DNA of 63,336 bases, counting the filler, from Choristocarpus tenellus KU-1152 (taxonomy: Eukaryota > Protista > Phaeophyceae): assembly GCA_964200185.2 (NCBI GenBank). It is 9 parts of 9 records of this genome, joined end to end, with 100 filler letters (N's around TTAATTAATTAA, not from the genome) between each part and the next. Parts side by side here need not be neighbours in the genome. Positions count along the whole stretch, not along the records: positions 1 to 6,486 come from CAXNAD020008033.1; positions 6,587 to 16,010 come from CAXNAD020003684.1; 7 more parts are not named here. One strand, written 5' to 3'. A program made the position numbers and the translations under genes. The stretch's first letter is position 1. Each line of letters opens with the position of its first letter. Below, one piece after another: positions 1 through 14,600 of this stretch. A model generated the notes under the pieces. The model ran no database searches, had not been told where the DNA came from, and worked only from the letters and a program-made list of their open reading frames with translations.

Positions 1-169
1 CCCAACCCTTGAAAATAGAATAGCTTGCATCCAGTTCGTCTCACCTTGATTATTACCCTTCCTTGATACCAGGAGTTCTACTTCACAAAGAGAAATCCAA
101 TCACAACATCAGTCACACAGATCCCAGCGGAATTAACACAAACATCACACATAAAATAGGAGCACTCAC

Positions 170-2406
<2,237 letters not shown>

Positions 2407-2725
2407 TTAGATACTAGAGATGTGAGGAACTGTTGACGGATTGTGTCCACCATGAGACCACTCCATAAAAACTAGCATTTATCCATCAGACAATATCTAT
2501 CCCATGAACCAATGCAATAGCTCGCCACGCAAGGGGACAGTTCTCACGCATAGAGGTGCTGCGTTATGGTTTTGAAGAGATAGGTGGCGTGTACATCAAC
2601 AACACGTAAGCAAGCACCCACAAACCGTAGATACACACTGGCACACCACCATCAAGCATAAATACACCGCTTGTGTAAGAGAGAAGACATTGCATCAAGT
2701 TTCTTTACCTGGGCAATCGACCTCG

Positions 2726-2853
2726 CCAATCTTACGCCAAGCATCTTCCAATCACTTGACCAGCACCAATTACAGGGTTAGTAATAAACAGCGTCCTGTT
2801 TGCCCCCAAACAAAGAGGGTCCCCACCAATCAAGGTTCTCGTCCACAACCAAT
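2726..2853. promoter_or_regulatory. Cluster of five CCAAT motifs upstream of mtHsp70
   Basis: CCAAT on the + strand at 2726, 2748, 2766, 2826 and 2849, a few hundred bp upstream of the Hsp70 coding region. Function is inferred. Confidence 0.35.
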
Positions 2854-4394
2854 GCAACGCGCAGGTTATCGAGTTCTGTTTGCAACCCCGAAGGTTTGGT
2901 GGAGGTTCGTGCACCGAAGATTATGGTCCAGAAGGTTGTTGAGGACAAATATGGCTAAATCGGGACCTTATGTGGTTGCAACATTGACAAATGGCAGGCG
3001 TTTCTACTCGATGTTCTCTAGACTTATCTATTTCACATCTTACAATTTAGGTACAAAGCCCTAACCCTGTAAATGGACTACATGTCATAATTTGTATACT
3101 TATTGATGGAATTTTGTGGAACACATGGAGTTGGTAGGTTCGAACCTCTTCAGCTCCTAGTTTTGTTTTACTCGTATCAGGTTTCAATCATGGCTTTTCC
3201 TAACGGATTTCTACACCTTCACCATCACTAATACAAATATCCTGTGTCTGTTTGTTACTATACAATACAAACGTTGGACCAAGATCAAGGTGGAAACTTT
3301 GGGGTGGGTTAAACAGAAAATTGGAGGGAGGAGGTGAAAGGAAGTCTTTTCGGAGTTCTAAACCCACTGCCTGAGATGCAAGGCAGCAACAGAGATAGCA
3401 GAAAGTCCTCCTAACCTCAATTAATTCATACCCCTCCTGCGGGATTACAAAAACTGTCATAAAGAACGTTGAACAGAGGAAAAAACCCTCGTAACCCGGA
3501 TTTCAAGGTTCCAAGCAACCACATGACAAAATAGTTGCTTCATTGGGCATTAGGTGGAGACTGTAGGATACCCGATTAGACAACCTTCAAACGGACGGTT
3601 CAACATCCTAGGCACCACCGTGCAACCTTTAGGATTCCCCTGCAAACGAAAAGAAGTGTTTATGAAACACTGCAAATTTGATTTTCCAATGCACTACATA
3701 GTGTTGGCAGACTTCTTCAAGCGTGATGCAGTGAGCTGTGGCATTCAAAATTAAATTTTGCCACTAAAAATTGAAAAAAAGCGACCTAAAAAACAATTTT
3801 GTTTCCTTCAATCTGGTTCCATCCATAATATCATAGTATTGTGACCGGAAGAACTATTAATGAGCTCTAAATTGTCCAAGTAAACGGTCAAATTTTTGGC
3901 GCACAATATGAGAGGTGGCTAGGGCTCCGAGGAGAAAGGCAACTCATCCGAGGCGCGAAATTTTGACCTACTACATAGTCTTTTCTGACCTATTCTTCAG
4001 TAGACACACATGATCTCCAGAATATCGGAGACAGGGTATTACTTGTGTTTTGGTCACGGAAGGCTGAAGAATGTGTGACTGAGACTTTGACTTGGGAGAT
4101 GGAATATCGATTTCTCTTACATTAAGTTGATACAACTCCTTTTTCACAGAGTTCTTGGACTGTTAAATACGTAATATGAAAAACATCATGACTTCTCAGT
4201 AGTGGTCAAGAGGTCTGCTCCTTGCATCATCATTTTTTGCTGATTCAGACCCTGTCGATACCAGACTTTTCTCAAGAACTTATAGTTGCGATTCCAACAA
4301 GTCCTCGTGGTATGCATGGAGACTGTACACCTGGTCGTGTACTATTCCCTTTGCTGCTGTAACACAGAACGCTGGACCGATAACAAGGTGGGGA

Positions 4395-4644
4395 GGGTGA
4401 AGTAATTCAAGAGGATAGGAGTTTTGGCCTGTTTGTCCCTTTGGGGCTTGGCTTCCCATATGTTTTTTATGCCCTTTTTCGTTTTTCTGTGTGAACATAA
4501 TTACCTAAGGACTATGAAAGGTGTGTCCGGAACAAGAATATTGACACTTGCTATCAAACATGATAGCCAAAATTCATCAAAATCGCAACATTGGATTTAT
4601 GACCTCAAACAGACGTGGCCCTACCCTCTTAAATGCTTTTGCTC
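4395..4644 (-). mobile_element. MITE family A (Sola2-like non-autonomous DNA transposon), diverged copy
   Basis: Matches the family A body; degenerate TIRs; flanks GGA/GGA. Confidence 0.8.
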
Positions 4645-5789
4645 GGAGACTTCTTATGACCGGTCCAGCACAAGATACGAGGGAAGGGTAGGAGTAAGGA
4701 GCGATCGGATGAGATAATCCAATGCACGAGAAGCAAGGCACAAACGGAGTCAGTGCGTTGTATACTCTTGAAATTTTTCAAGCCCATTACTACTATTGTA
4801 TATAATATTTATGGTATTGGGCGTTTTTCCGCCCGTTATACAATACTGTGGAAATCCATATGACCTTTCCCAGACGTGATTGCCCTCCCTGGTCATATAT
4901 CTCTCCTTTCCCCAACCTCTTGTGGGCATTCCCACTCCCCTTCATTCCGAAGAGTCTGTATACCAAGTGAACATGTTTCACAATGGTGGCGGTGACTGGA
5001 GCGGATTATTACGGAGAGATAGTACTTTGCCGCTACCCGGACAGGTTCATGTTATTTCTCAGCTGACTTGTTCCAACCTGACAAAAAAACCCGATCATTG
5101 GTCGACTAAATCCTGGACTTGACGTCAACTCCTCATAATCAAGCATCGAGTGACCTAGGAAGGTCAAAACCTTGAACAAAAGCATCCAAAAAAAGAACAC
5201 GTATCACTTCCTAATCAGATAGGTCCAAATACATTAGAAAGTCGTATTTTTTGTCCGGTGTCGTTTCCATATACTTGTCCACCCCAGCAGGGATTACGCC
5301 TCTACATCTCAAACAAAGGAAGACCTGAAAACAAAAAGAAGAAGGGAAAAAAATGTGAAGTCAATATATCCTTGATCAAAAGCCACCAGACCGAATAAGA
5401 TATTTTTTGGGACCTCTCCCAAATGGACCACACCAACACCGACAATTCTGCGGTATGAGGATTACTACTTTCGCTTCTTGCGCTGTTCAATAACATTTTT
5501 TTCTTGTAACAACAATGAGCTATGATCTACATGTTATAATACCTACGTTTAGTACTATTACTGCCACAAAACATTATATAGTATTATTATGCCTTTTGAC
5601 ATTTTGTAGATATGTCGGGGAAATCCGCCAATTCGATATCAGAACAACCCCTGGAAAAGTAACAGTTGTGGTAAATGTGAAATACATTTTTATCTACTCT
5701 TCATTTACTATTTTACTATCAGCTATGCTATACCACTCCCCTGGTATGCCTTCAACCTAGCTTAGCCCTACACCCCTGGGCGAGGAGCT

Positions 5790-6486
5790 AAGGAAGCACC
5801 ACAAGAATCTGACAGACCCCTCCTTGCCCATCTCCCTGGTGTCTCCAGCTTAAAACGCATGTCACGTCTTGATAGAGCCACTTGTGTGGTGATGGGCACT
5901 ATCTGTCATAAACAGGATTTGACAGCTCTTATCCTACTGTAGCTTCCCGCCTCTCTCCCCCCTACCGTGCGCCTAGCTAACTCATCCAGAAAACTTTCTC
6001 CTTGCTTATCGAGGCGCCCAAAACTTTCCACCGCGAAGGTGTTGAGATCCGAAGTATCTTAGAGTGTAGAGTCGCGTCCATTTGGGGGCCAAGATCCAAT
6101 ATTGCGATGTTGATGTATGGCTATCGCGTTTGTTAGGAAGTGTCAATATCCATGTTTCGGACACACCTTTTCATAAAGTATACATTTTACCTATTCCTAA
6201 ACATTTTGGAGTGGGAAAATGTTATTAAAAAACCTATGGGAAGCCAAGCCCCAAATGGACAAACAGGGCAAAACCCGTACCCTCTAAGATATTTTTACTC
6301 TGAGGTTAAAACTACAAGGTTCAAAAGAACCCTTGTAGTGGGTGCGTTTTCACGGCTCAGCTGCAGCAGCAGCTACACCATTGCTGGTGGATGAGTGGGC
6401 AGATGTGAGGCTGCTTGTGTTCGTAGATAGTGCTGCTGATACACTATAGACACCATCGGTGGAGTAGATTAGGAAATGCAGACACC
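5790..6486 (-). mobile_element. 3' fragment of a CRE/R2-type non-LTR retrotransposon (restriction-like endonuclease region), interrupted by a MITE
   Basis: Minus-strand translation GVAAAAAEP*KRTHYKGSFEPCSFN[MITE]LNTFAVESFGRLDKQGESFLDELARRTVGG...QIVPITTQVALSRR resembles the K-x-x-x-Y...F-x-V-E-S-F-G-R-L C-terminus of RLE-bearing non-LTR elements. It contains stops and frameshifts. Confidence 0.6.
6046..6300 (+). mobile_element. MITE family A copy
   Basis: TIR-like ends GATCCGAAGTATCTTAGAGTGTA...TACCCTCTAAGATATTTTTACTC; flanks TGA/TGA. Removing it restores the host reading frame. Confidence 0.9.
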
Positions 6487-6586
6487 NNNNNNNNNNNNNN
6501 NNNNNNNNNNNNNNNNNNNNNNNNNNNNNNTTAATTAATTAANNNNNNNNNNNNNNNNNNNNNNNNNNNNNNNNNNNNNNNNNNNN
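6487..6586. other. Artificial contig spacer
   Basis: N44-TTAATTAATTAA-N44, giving stops in all six frames. Confidence 0.97.
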
Positions 6587-6726
6587 GTAGCAATGTACTT
6601 GGGGCTACAGAGTTAGTTCGTGTATTACATCTGGTTCAAGATGGACAAAATGGATGAAGAGAATGAGAGAGACCGAATGTCATCGTCCTCAGGTTCATCA
6701 TCCTCGAGTTATCGTCTTCCAGTTCG

Positions 6727-7976
6727 TTGTCGTCTAGTTCATCGTCTTTCGATGAATCTACCTTTAGGTTGCAGGCGAGATCTGGGCAGATGATAAACGC
6801 AAGTGTGATTTTGCTGATGTACGCTTTGATGGACGAGGAGGATGAGGAGGAAGAACATCCATTATTTCGCAGGTTTCGTATCCCGAACGATCGGGCTGTT
6901 GACATGGTGAGCTCGTGGGGGGGGTTGCTGGTGGGAGGAGTAGCTCTGAGAGACGTCACTTCGCAGGAGTCGCTGAAGTTTACGAGGCGGTTCCGAGTCC
7001 CATTTGCTTTCTTTGAAGATTTAGTGAGGAGGTACAAAGGTAGGGGTGGCCTGGTTGTCGAACCGCAGATGCCACCGGACGCCCTGTCAAAGCTGTGAAG
7101 CGGAAGGTAAGCATATCCGCCAGTAGAATTTGTGTGTGAAAGGGCTACCCCTCAGTAGGAAATGTGATGGTCGCCTATGAAGTGACTGTTGACCATGCTG
7201 GATATGCACGGGGAGTGACTGCTGGATTTCCTGGAGCCAAAAAGGACGAGATATTCATTGGATATGATGGTGCTATCCAGAAACTTAGAGTTAGCCCCAC
7301 CTACATACAGCTGGAGTACAACCCTAAGGACTCCCACGGGAACTATTACACCGAGAAAGGAGCCTATGTCCTTGTCAATGGGGGCTACCACAAGGTGACG
7401 GGAAATACGTGATTGTAGGGCCACGCCTATGTTATTTATTGCTCCTGTAATAATGAGTGCTCATGCAACTAGCAAGTCAACAGTCCTTTGCCCAACCCGA
7501 TCTTTGCATTTACAGTGGAAGGTGCACAATATGCCCCTTCAAGGCATCTGTCACACAGGATCAGGCAAGGTGGAGCGAACGAGTGGAGAGTGTATGCAAG
7601 GATATCGAGTCCGTTTTTGGCAGAGTCAAGGGCCGATTCAGAATCCTCATGCTGCCACTGCTATATTCGCACAGGAAGAAGATAGATTACATATTTTTCA
7701 CTTGTTTGCATATTACAAAATATGCTTCACTCATATCATGGCCTTGGAGAGTTAGAGGCCAACACTGACTCGACAGGGGATGCTGGTCTGCATGATGCCT
7801 TCTACAGTGATCCTTACACCAATTTCAAGTGGATGGGCATGCCAAGGGACCAGGGGGGAGGGGGATCTGAAGAGAATGTGAAGAGGGAGGTGGGATTTGA
7901 TGAGCTTAGGAAGAAGCTCATAGCACACTACAAGTACAAAGAAGAAAACGGAGAGGTTGTTTGGATGAGGTCCTGA
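6727..7976 (+). pseudogene. PIF/Harbinger-type DDE transposase (DDE_Tnp_4/Plant_tran-like), degenerate
   Basis: Motifs in order: FTRRFRVPFAFFEDLV; GFPGAKKD; GAYVLVNGGYHK (degenerate YLxDGxY); WSERVESVCKDIESVFGRVKGRFRIL. Split by frameshifts and a probable intron at about 7395-7516. Confidence 0.85.
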
Positions 7977-8449
7977 TGATGGAATCTTGCTTGTCAAACA
8001 TTGGTTTAAATTTTGCGCTGTTGACACATTGTGTGATAGGTAACGGTACACTTGGCACTGTACTTTTGTGAAGTACATACAAGGAGATGTAGGAAAAAGT
8101 AATACAGGACAAAGAGTCATTTGTCAGTACAGTATAGAGAGTGGTTGAAAGTCCACAGTCAAGAGGAAGAATTAATTGCCACTGATTGTGACATTGTAGT
8201 TAGGTAGAGATTGTCCTCATGAACAAGAGCAGCTCACTTCGTTCTGAGCAGTGGATAATATTATACCCTAACCAACCTTCTGAAGAGTGTTGGGATCATT
8301 GCTACCTTAACGTTGATCAATGTCACGATACAAGATCAGGGTTGACAGGTTTGTTTGGTTAGAGCATTAGAAGCTCAAGATTAGAGTACTTGACACAAAA
8401 ATAAATTCCATTCAATCGAAAATTACGTCAAATCTAAACAAAGATTTGC

Positions 8450-9200
8450 CAATGCCGTCCAGTGCGATGGTATACCTATGTTCACAGGACTGCTGTCAAA
8501 GACCACTGAGCACTACACTGACAGCTGTACTGTCACAACTGATTCCCCTAGTCTATCCCCCCACTACTGCTGCCTGTCGCCAAAGCCCCCAAGTCAACCC
8601 TCCCTTCACCACTGTCCCACCACTTCCCAACATAATACCAGCACCACTGACATTCTGACCCAGCCTCACTGCCACCAGTTGCTGATACCGTTTCGGACAG
8701 AACTCTGCCTCAACAGTATCACCACTCTTCTGAAACGCGCTCCAAGCTTGCTTAGCTGTCCAAGGCATTCCGTCAAAATTGGGTCTATCTTTCCTAGCAG
8801 TAGCGTTTTCTGCCATTATGTCTACATATCTCCTTATGTCTCTAGCAGCATCATCCAATGTGGAATCGAGGGAATCAATATTGTGGTCATTCGTCCTACC
8901 TTTTTCCTTACTCCGCTTCCAACTTCAAGTCCTCCTCAGCAGCCCTCAGTAACATTTGTCGGCTCCTCGATCCTGGGTTTGCTACTAGCACGGACCCCCT
9001 CAATTCCTCCACAACCTCCATCGAAGAGGACTCCCCATCCTTCCTTAAGTCACATGAGGACGTGGATCCTTCTTGTGGGGGTCCCTTACTCACACTCACA
9101 TCAATGTCTTGGAGCACATCATTGGATGGGAGTTCATATACTGCAAAAAGAACAAGATATGGAGGGACCCAACCATTTGATATTTCTTTTGGAGAGGGGG
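8450..9200 (-). pseudogene. Probable second (accessory) gene of the Harbinger element, degenerate
   Basis: Charged, coding-like minus-strand fragments (RQMLLRAAEEDLKLEAE; MDDAARDIRRYVDIMAENATARK) convergent with the transposase, as in two-gene PIF/Harbinger elements. No Myb motif is visible. Confidence 0.4.
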
Positions 9201-9921
9201 GAATAGGGAAACTGAACCACCACTACCCACCTCGTTCTCTTGCTTATTTGTACCCCTCTATGCAACACTTACTTGACACACTTACCCACGCTTGCTACCA
9301 AGAATCTACCAACATCATTGCTTATCATATCATTCCAGTTAATGTAGTCTCAGAACATATGCTGGCGAACGTCATGCATGAGTGATTAAATACCTTTTTC
9401 ACAAAGAACGGAGAATCAAACGCAAGTAGGAATATCTTAATTTAATTTAAAATAACCATCAAATCGCACAAGGAATGGGTTTGAGGCGTGCCTCATGAGG
9501 AGAAGCCAATAGAAACGGCAAAATATGAGGGAGGGGGGCAGGCATGCAGAGAAAACCATGAGTTACAGAGTATAGAAAACATTTTGGTCAGCAATGGGGG
9601 TAGTAAACAAGCACTATACCTAGATGGGGAGAGGAGGGTTTTTGCTAATTGAAGAAAGATATTAAGAGCAGGGGCATTGATGAATGAGGATGTATTGATT
9701 TGGCATGCTTGGTGGTGACTTACTGATATGGTTGGAGAAGAATATATGATACAAAAGGAAAGCACAATATTGCAGGACGACAATCAGAAGTATTGAACCA
9801 AGGCTGGGAAAGGAAATTGGCAGAGGGTATGACTGGAAATGGTGGTTAGGTATAATGCAACAGACTGTATGGTGGCGTTGGGTCTTCAATAAATGTGTGA
9901 GCCCGAAGGATGCTCTGATGA

Positions 9922-10446
9922 AACATTATTAAACCCCTGAGCTACCGAGCACTTAGTCAGCTGACTATCTCCTCGGTAGCTCAGGGGTATACTAGTAGTG
10001 TTCTAACAGAAGCAAATTCCGGGGATCGCAAGCTGTTAGACTTGATGAGGTTTCCTCCGAGGGTTGCTATCCCTCTAATCAGTGACCAACTTCGGCGGGG
10101 TATTCACTAATGTGAGGTTGTGTATCCTGGCTGCGTGTTTAGTCTTTTGACAATTGTGTAACCATATAACCATGCTGGGATTCGATCCCATGACAGTAGC
10201 GTTGGTTAGAACATTACTAAAGCTGACTGCCTGCTTGGCAGGCTCAGGGGTGTGCTAGTGTTCTAACTAGCGTTACTCTCGAGAGGATCGAATCCTGGCA
10301 TGGTAACACATCCGTCAAAAGACTAAACACGCAGCCAGGATACACAACCTCACACTAGTAACTACCCCGCCAAAGTTGGTCATTGATTAGAGGGATAGCA
10401 CCCCACTATCTGCTCGGTAGCTCAGAGGTTTACTAGTGTTCTAACA
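9922..10446. mobile_element. Cluster of tRNA-derived SINE-like elements: two near-full copies head-to-head plus three head fragments
   Basis: Pol III A-box-like TAGCTCAG(G/A)GG and B-box-like GGATCGAATCC (10285-10295). 10061-10151 is the inverted repeat of 10314-10404. Another head copy lies at 38025-38064. Confidence 0.7.
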
Positions 10447-10727
10447 TGCACAGGGGCATCCACAAAAATATCTTGTGATGGAGGCCACACCCCACATATG
10501 GTGGCACAGAGCACGATTACTGTCTTGGGATAGTAAGTAGGCAATACGAAATACGTAAGGTTCATTATCTTCCACAGTTTGGAAACCCATGCAATGTGTT
10601 GTGAACCTTGGACTATCCAGCCCTTCAACCACATATCTATGTTGTACATATACTTGTATGTCATCCTTTCCTGACCTCGGACCATGTGACATGAAGGATA
10701 ATCCATTGCAAGTCAGGCGGAATCTGA

Positions 10728-10755
10728 TAGGGTTAGGGTTAGGGTTAGGGTTAGG
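10728..10755 (+). repeat. Interstitial telomeric repeat (TTAGGG)n
   Basis: TAGGG TTAGGG TTAGGG TTAGGG TTAGG. Confidence 0.8.
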
Positions 10756-11699
10756 CACCTCCATATTCCGTCTTGATTAGACATGCCACCTGAAGGATCT
10801 TAAGCAACTCCGATTTCGGAATTTTTAATCACTTCTGTGGTAAAGGTGTGTACTTGTACTATACATGAAATAGATATTCCGTACTAGTGGAAGAACGAAG
10901 TGTTGCACAATTTAAAGGTCCTACGCAGTACTCATAGGTATAACGACGTGCATATCTTGCATGCCAAGAGGTATACTGGGCATAAAGCAAAAGGCAAGGG
11001 TAGTAACATGTTTTTTGGCAGAGTGAAGAAAGGTAAAATCTTATACTCAAGAATTAATGATGGCATAGAGGTAGTACTCTAGAGAGGTTGATCACGGTGA
11101 GTGTGTAATATGTAAGTAAGGAATATATACATATAATGTAATTTAACAAGAGAAAATCAGTATGTTCTCATACTCCTCCACCAGGAATATAATATGTTAC
11201 AGGTTACCAAACTAAGTATTCTATTGCTTGCTCATCAGTAGAATAGGACCATACATACACTGAACAAAATCATTTTACAACAAATACTGCGACTACAAAT
11301 AGTACATAACCTTGTTTGCTTACATCAACACCAGATGAACACAATGCTCCCATAGTAGATCTCTACAACAAAGTACAATGGAACAATGTTCAAGTTGTTG
11401 GTCCCCCTCATCCCCCTTTTCTGCTACTCACAATCTGGAGTCTCCCGTTTGTGTAATTTCCTCACCAAAAAGCAGGAACCAGGAAATAATGTACACAAAT
11501 CATATACCATGTACCATGCACTCTCCTTGCCCACCTTCCACGACTACTATCCCCCTTCCCACTATCATCATCACTACCACTACTATCTACAGGAAAATGG
11601 ACTGCACACCCCACATCCTGGATGAGGTTCCACTATTAGGTCCGCATTACACTCTACACCAGACGTCCTTCCCACGTACATCAACCATAAAATAAAAAC

Positions 11700-14600
11700 A
11701 ACATAACATAATAGTGGATACAGCTGAGCTGTAGCCACATTGGTTTCAATTTAGCTTGCCCTCCTTGGTTACTCCCAACCTTTATCCTTCAACATGACTC
11801 CTGCCTGGAATGTTTCGCCCCTCTCTCTCTGGTCAACCTCAACCTTGACTATACTCGCCTTCCAATGGAATACACCATGCCTTCACAAATCCTCGGTGCC
11901 CACTTCTAACCTCACGTTACACCACTACAAACACCATTGCTTCCTCCCCTACCATAGATAAAACTCCAATGTGATAGACGTTACCCTTAGCAGAGTGACT
12001 GATGCAGCAGTACTTCTACTCTCCTTGAGTTCGCCTCCTTTCCTATTGTAGTGAATTTAATAATCCAACACTCTATATCACCTTTCACTCATCCATCCCT
12101 ACAGAACTTCCTTCTTCCAACCCACACCTATCCGCTAACACTGTTCCTCCCAACCATATGCATGTCAAAATCCTCACACATCAACCAATACAACCCACCC
12201 CTTCCTTGATATTCTCAACAGTTGCCTCTCACACACAAATGACCTATGCAACTCACACCCATAGTCGCCTTGGTAAATAGGAGTATACTATTCAATATTC
12301 GAAATCTGGGCTATGACAGCACAACCAGGTGCAAATCAGATCAGGCAATGTAAACATCACTTACCAGATCTTGGCCACAGGAGAACACATCACACTGCTA
12401 CGTGACTGAGACCACAAACAATCCTGTTGCAGTCCAGGGACTTCCCAAGTCATCTCCACAACACTTCAACACTTCAACACACGCACACACACACATATGA
12501 TCAATAAAATGTATGTTTGTTGCTTGAATCACACTCAAATTATACTCCTACATACCATCAATACCCTACTACTCCTCAATGGATAACATAGTTGTGACTG
12601 ATGAGGCTGGGCCTAACCCGAAATCAAACACACATCCTCATGCTTATTGACCAAGCAAACTCAGTGTTAATGACCAGACCACTCAAGCATGCACTACACA
12701 AACGCCCTTCCATACACCAACAATCTTCCTGACGCCCAAAGGGTCTCAGGTAAACAAACTAACACAACAAAGGGCATCCCCAAGTGGGGGAGTGTCCAAT
12801 TTGCAGGCGTTGTCTAGGCAGAGGGCCAACACAAATGGTGTAGTTGGATAGTATTTTCACAGACTCTCACTACAATATTTTGGCTAGAAGAACCAATAGA
12901 GATTTCAATATGTAGACAAAATGATGTAATACCACACGACATCAATGAGAACACGTGGTAATACCAGCTCCCCTTCTAAAATTGACACCAGATAACATAC
13001 ACACATACATTAATGCATATACATACACATACCTGTCCCTACCTTTGGCGAGTTCATGCACAAATGACGCCATAAGGCCATGTGCCAGTGCCTCTCAATC
13101 TTCATAAAGCAACAAGGACCCTCCTCCAGGAGCATGAACAAGAGTTGAAGTGATGCCATAGATCGAGCTCACTCTACCAATTACGATCAATCTCGTCATC
13201 ACCCACCACTATTCAGCCCTCGCTCCCTGGCCCTACCCCTGGCTCTGGCCCAGCACATGACGATGGCATAGACACTGGACCCATGGCATGCACCACACCT
13301 CTACCATACCTGAGTGTCTAGTACAAACCAAACTCTGGGCTTAGCTTAGCACATCGTCTCGACCTTCGCAGCACTACACCAGATACATTCACACCCCTAG
13401 TGCGGTGAGTTCGTTTCAAGGGGGGAATGTCTCTGTCAACATCATCGGGGTCTCCTCCCATGCATACACCACCAACCTCGCTGGAAGTTCTCACATCAAT
13501 TCCACCATCACTCACAGAGGGTGGCCTCTCTCTCTTCCCCCTTGGTCTCTCCCCTGACCCAAGCGATGCCTCCGTCAGCCCTGCAGATCTGGGCAGTAGC
13601 AGTGACTGTACAGGGGGACACATGAACAGGCAAGGAAACACAGTCGGAAAAGATGTAAGACTTGGCATCTGATGCTACTATCAGATGAAACCACAGCTGA
13701 ATATCAGACTGTAGTCAAGTACCCTCCCCTGTACGCCTACACATATTACACTTCAAGAGGTAGAGCACACAAAGAGTCAGCAACAGAAAATGGAAAACAA
13801 GTATACCAGTATGTGACCAAATTCTTCCTCTGCAGGTAAGGTAGCTCTGTCCTTGTCACTGTGTTCTCACTATGCTGGCGAGTACTACCTACTCCAAGAG
13901 TGGTGACATCATACGGCCCTCCACTTCCAAGAAATATAAAGAAATCTTCGTGCATGTATGCTATCAACAGTCTTTGCAACGATATCACAAGGGTCCTGCT
14001 CCAACCCAATATCTCACTCACCGTTGCTGAGCCAGAGCCTGAGCCTGGGGTCAAAACCGAGTCCGGGCCTGAGTCGGAGCCTCTACTCAAAGCAGAGTAG
14101 AATCTCGAGCCAGCACCTTTCTCTTTATTTGGGTATCTCCTGGTCCTTGAACATGGATCTAAACACGAGTCTGTTTCCGTGGTTGACCCTGAGCCTGAGC
14201 CTGGTTCCTCCTGCTTATAGATTACAGCCATTTTGATTAAAAAAATATATATAGTGTCAGCCTTGTGTAGAGGCAGAATGTCTGGACAAAAGGTGCTACA
14301 TGAGTTGACAAGAATGGTTTAGAGATGAACAAACTCTGGGATACCAAGACCCTATTTCGTGCTATAGTTTGCCTTCCTAGTCCTAAGGACTACATATCAT
14401 CTACTACTTCTCCATTTGGGTGTACACTGACCGTCAAAATCAACAGTGAAACACTTGGCACACTAGTCCTGCCTCGTTGGCTTTCTCTATTCTTTGTCCT
14501 CGAGTGATGGCACCTCTTTCATCTTTCGTTCAATTGAATACACATTCATAATTGGAGAAAGTATCCCAAATGAAATGTCCCAAATACATTAGGCAAAACT

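Noticed and set aside
3100-5500. Possible gene or viral remnant next to Hsp70
   Set aside because: Only short ORFs and no recognisable motif in any frame, so no call can be supported.
8478-9206. 242-aa + strand ORF
   Set aside because: Its Pro/Ser/Leu-rich composition is typical of the antisense shadow of the purine-rich minus-strand remnant.
10240-10305. Amber-suppressor tRNA (TT-CTA-AC loop in the SINE head)
   Set aside because: No proper acceptor stem or consistent anticodon stem, and the copies are diverged. A SINE head explains it better.
12590-12645. Hammerhead ribozyme core CTGATGA...GAAA
   Set aside because: Stem II pairs poorly, and no stem I/III or NUH cleavage site could be formed.
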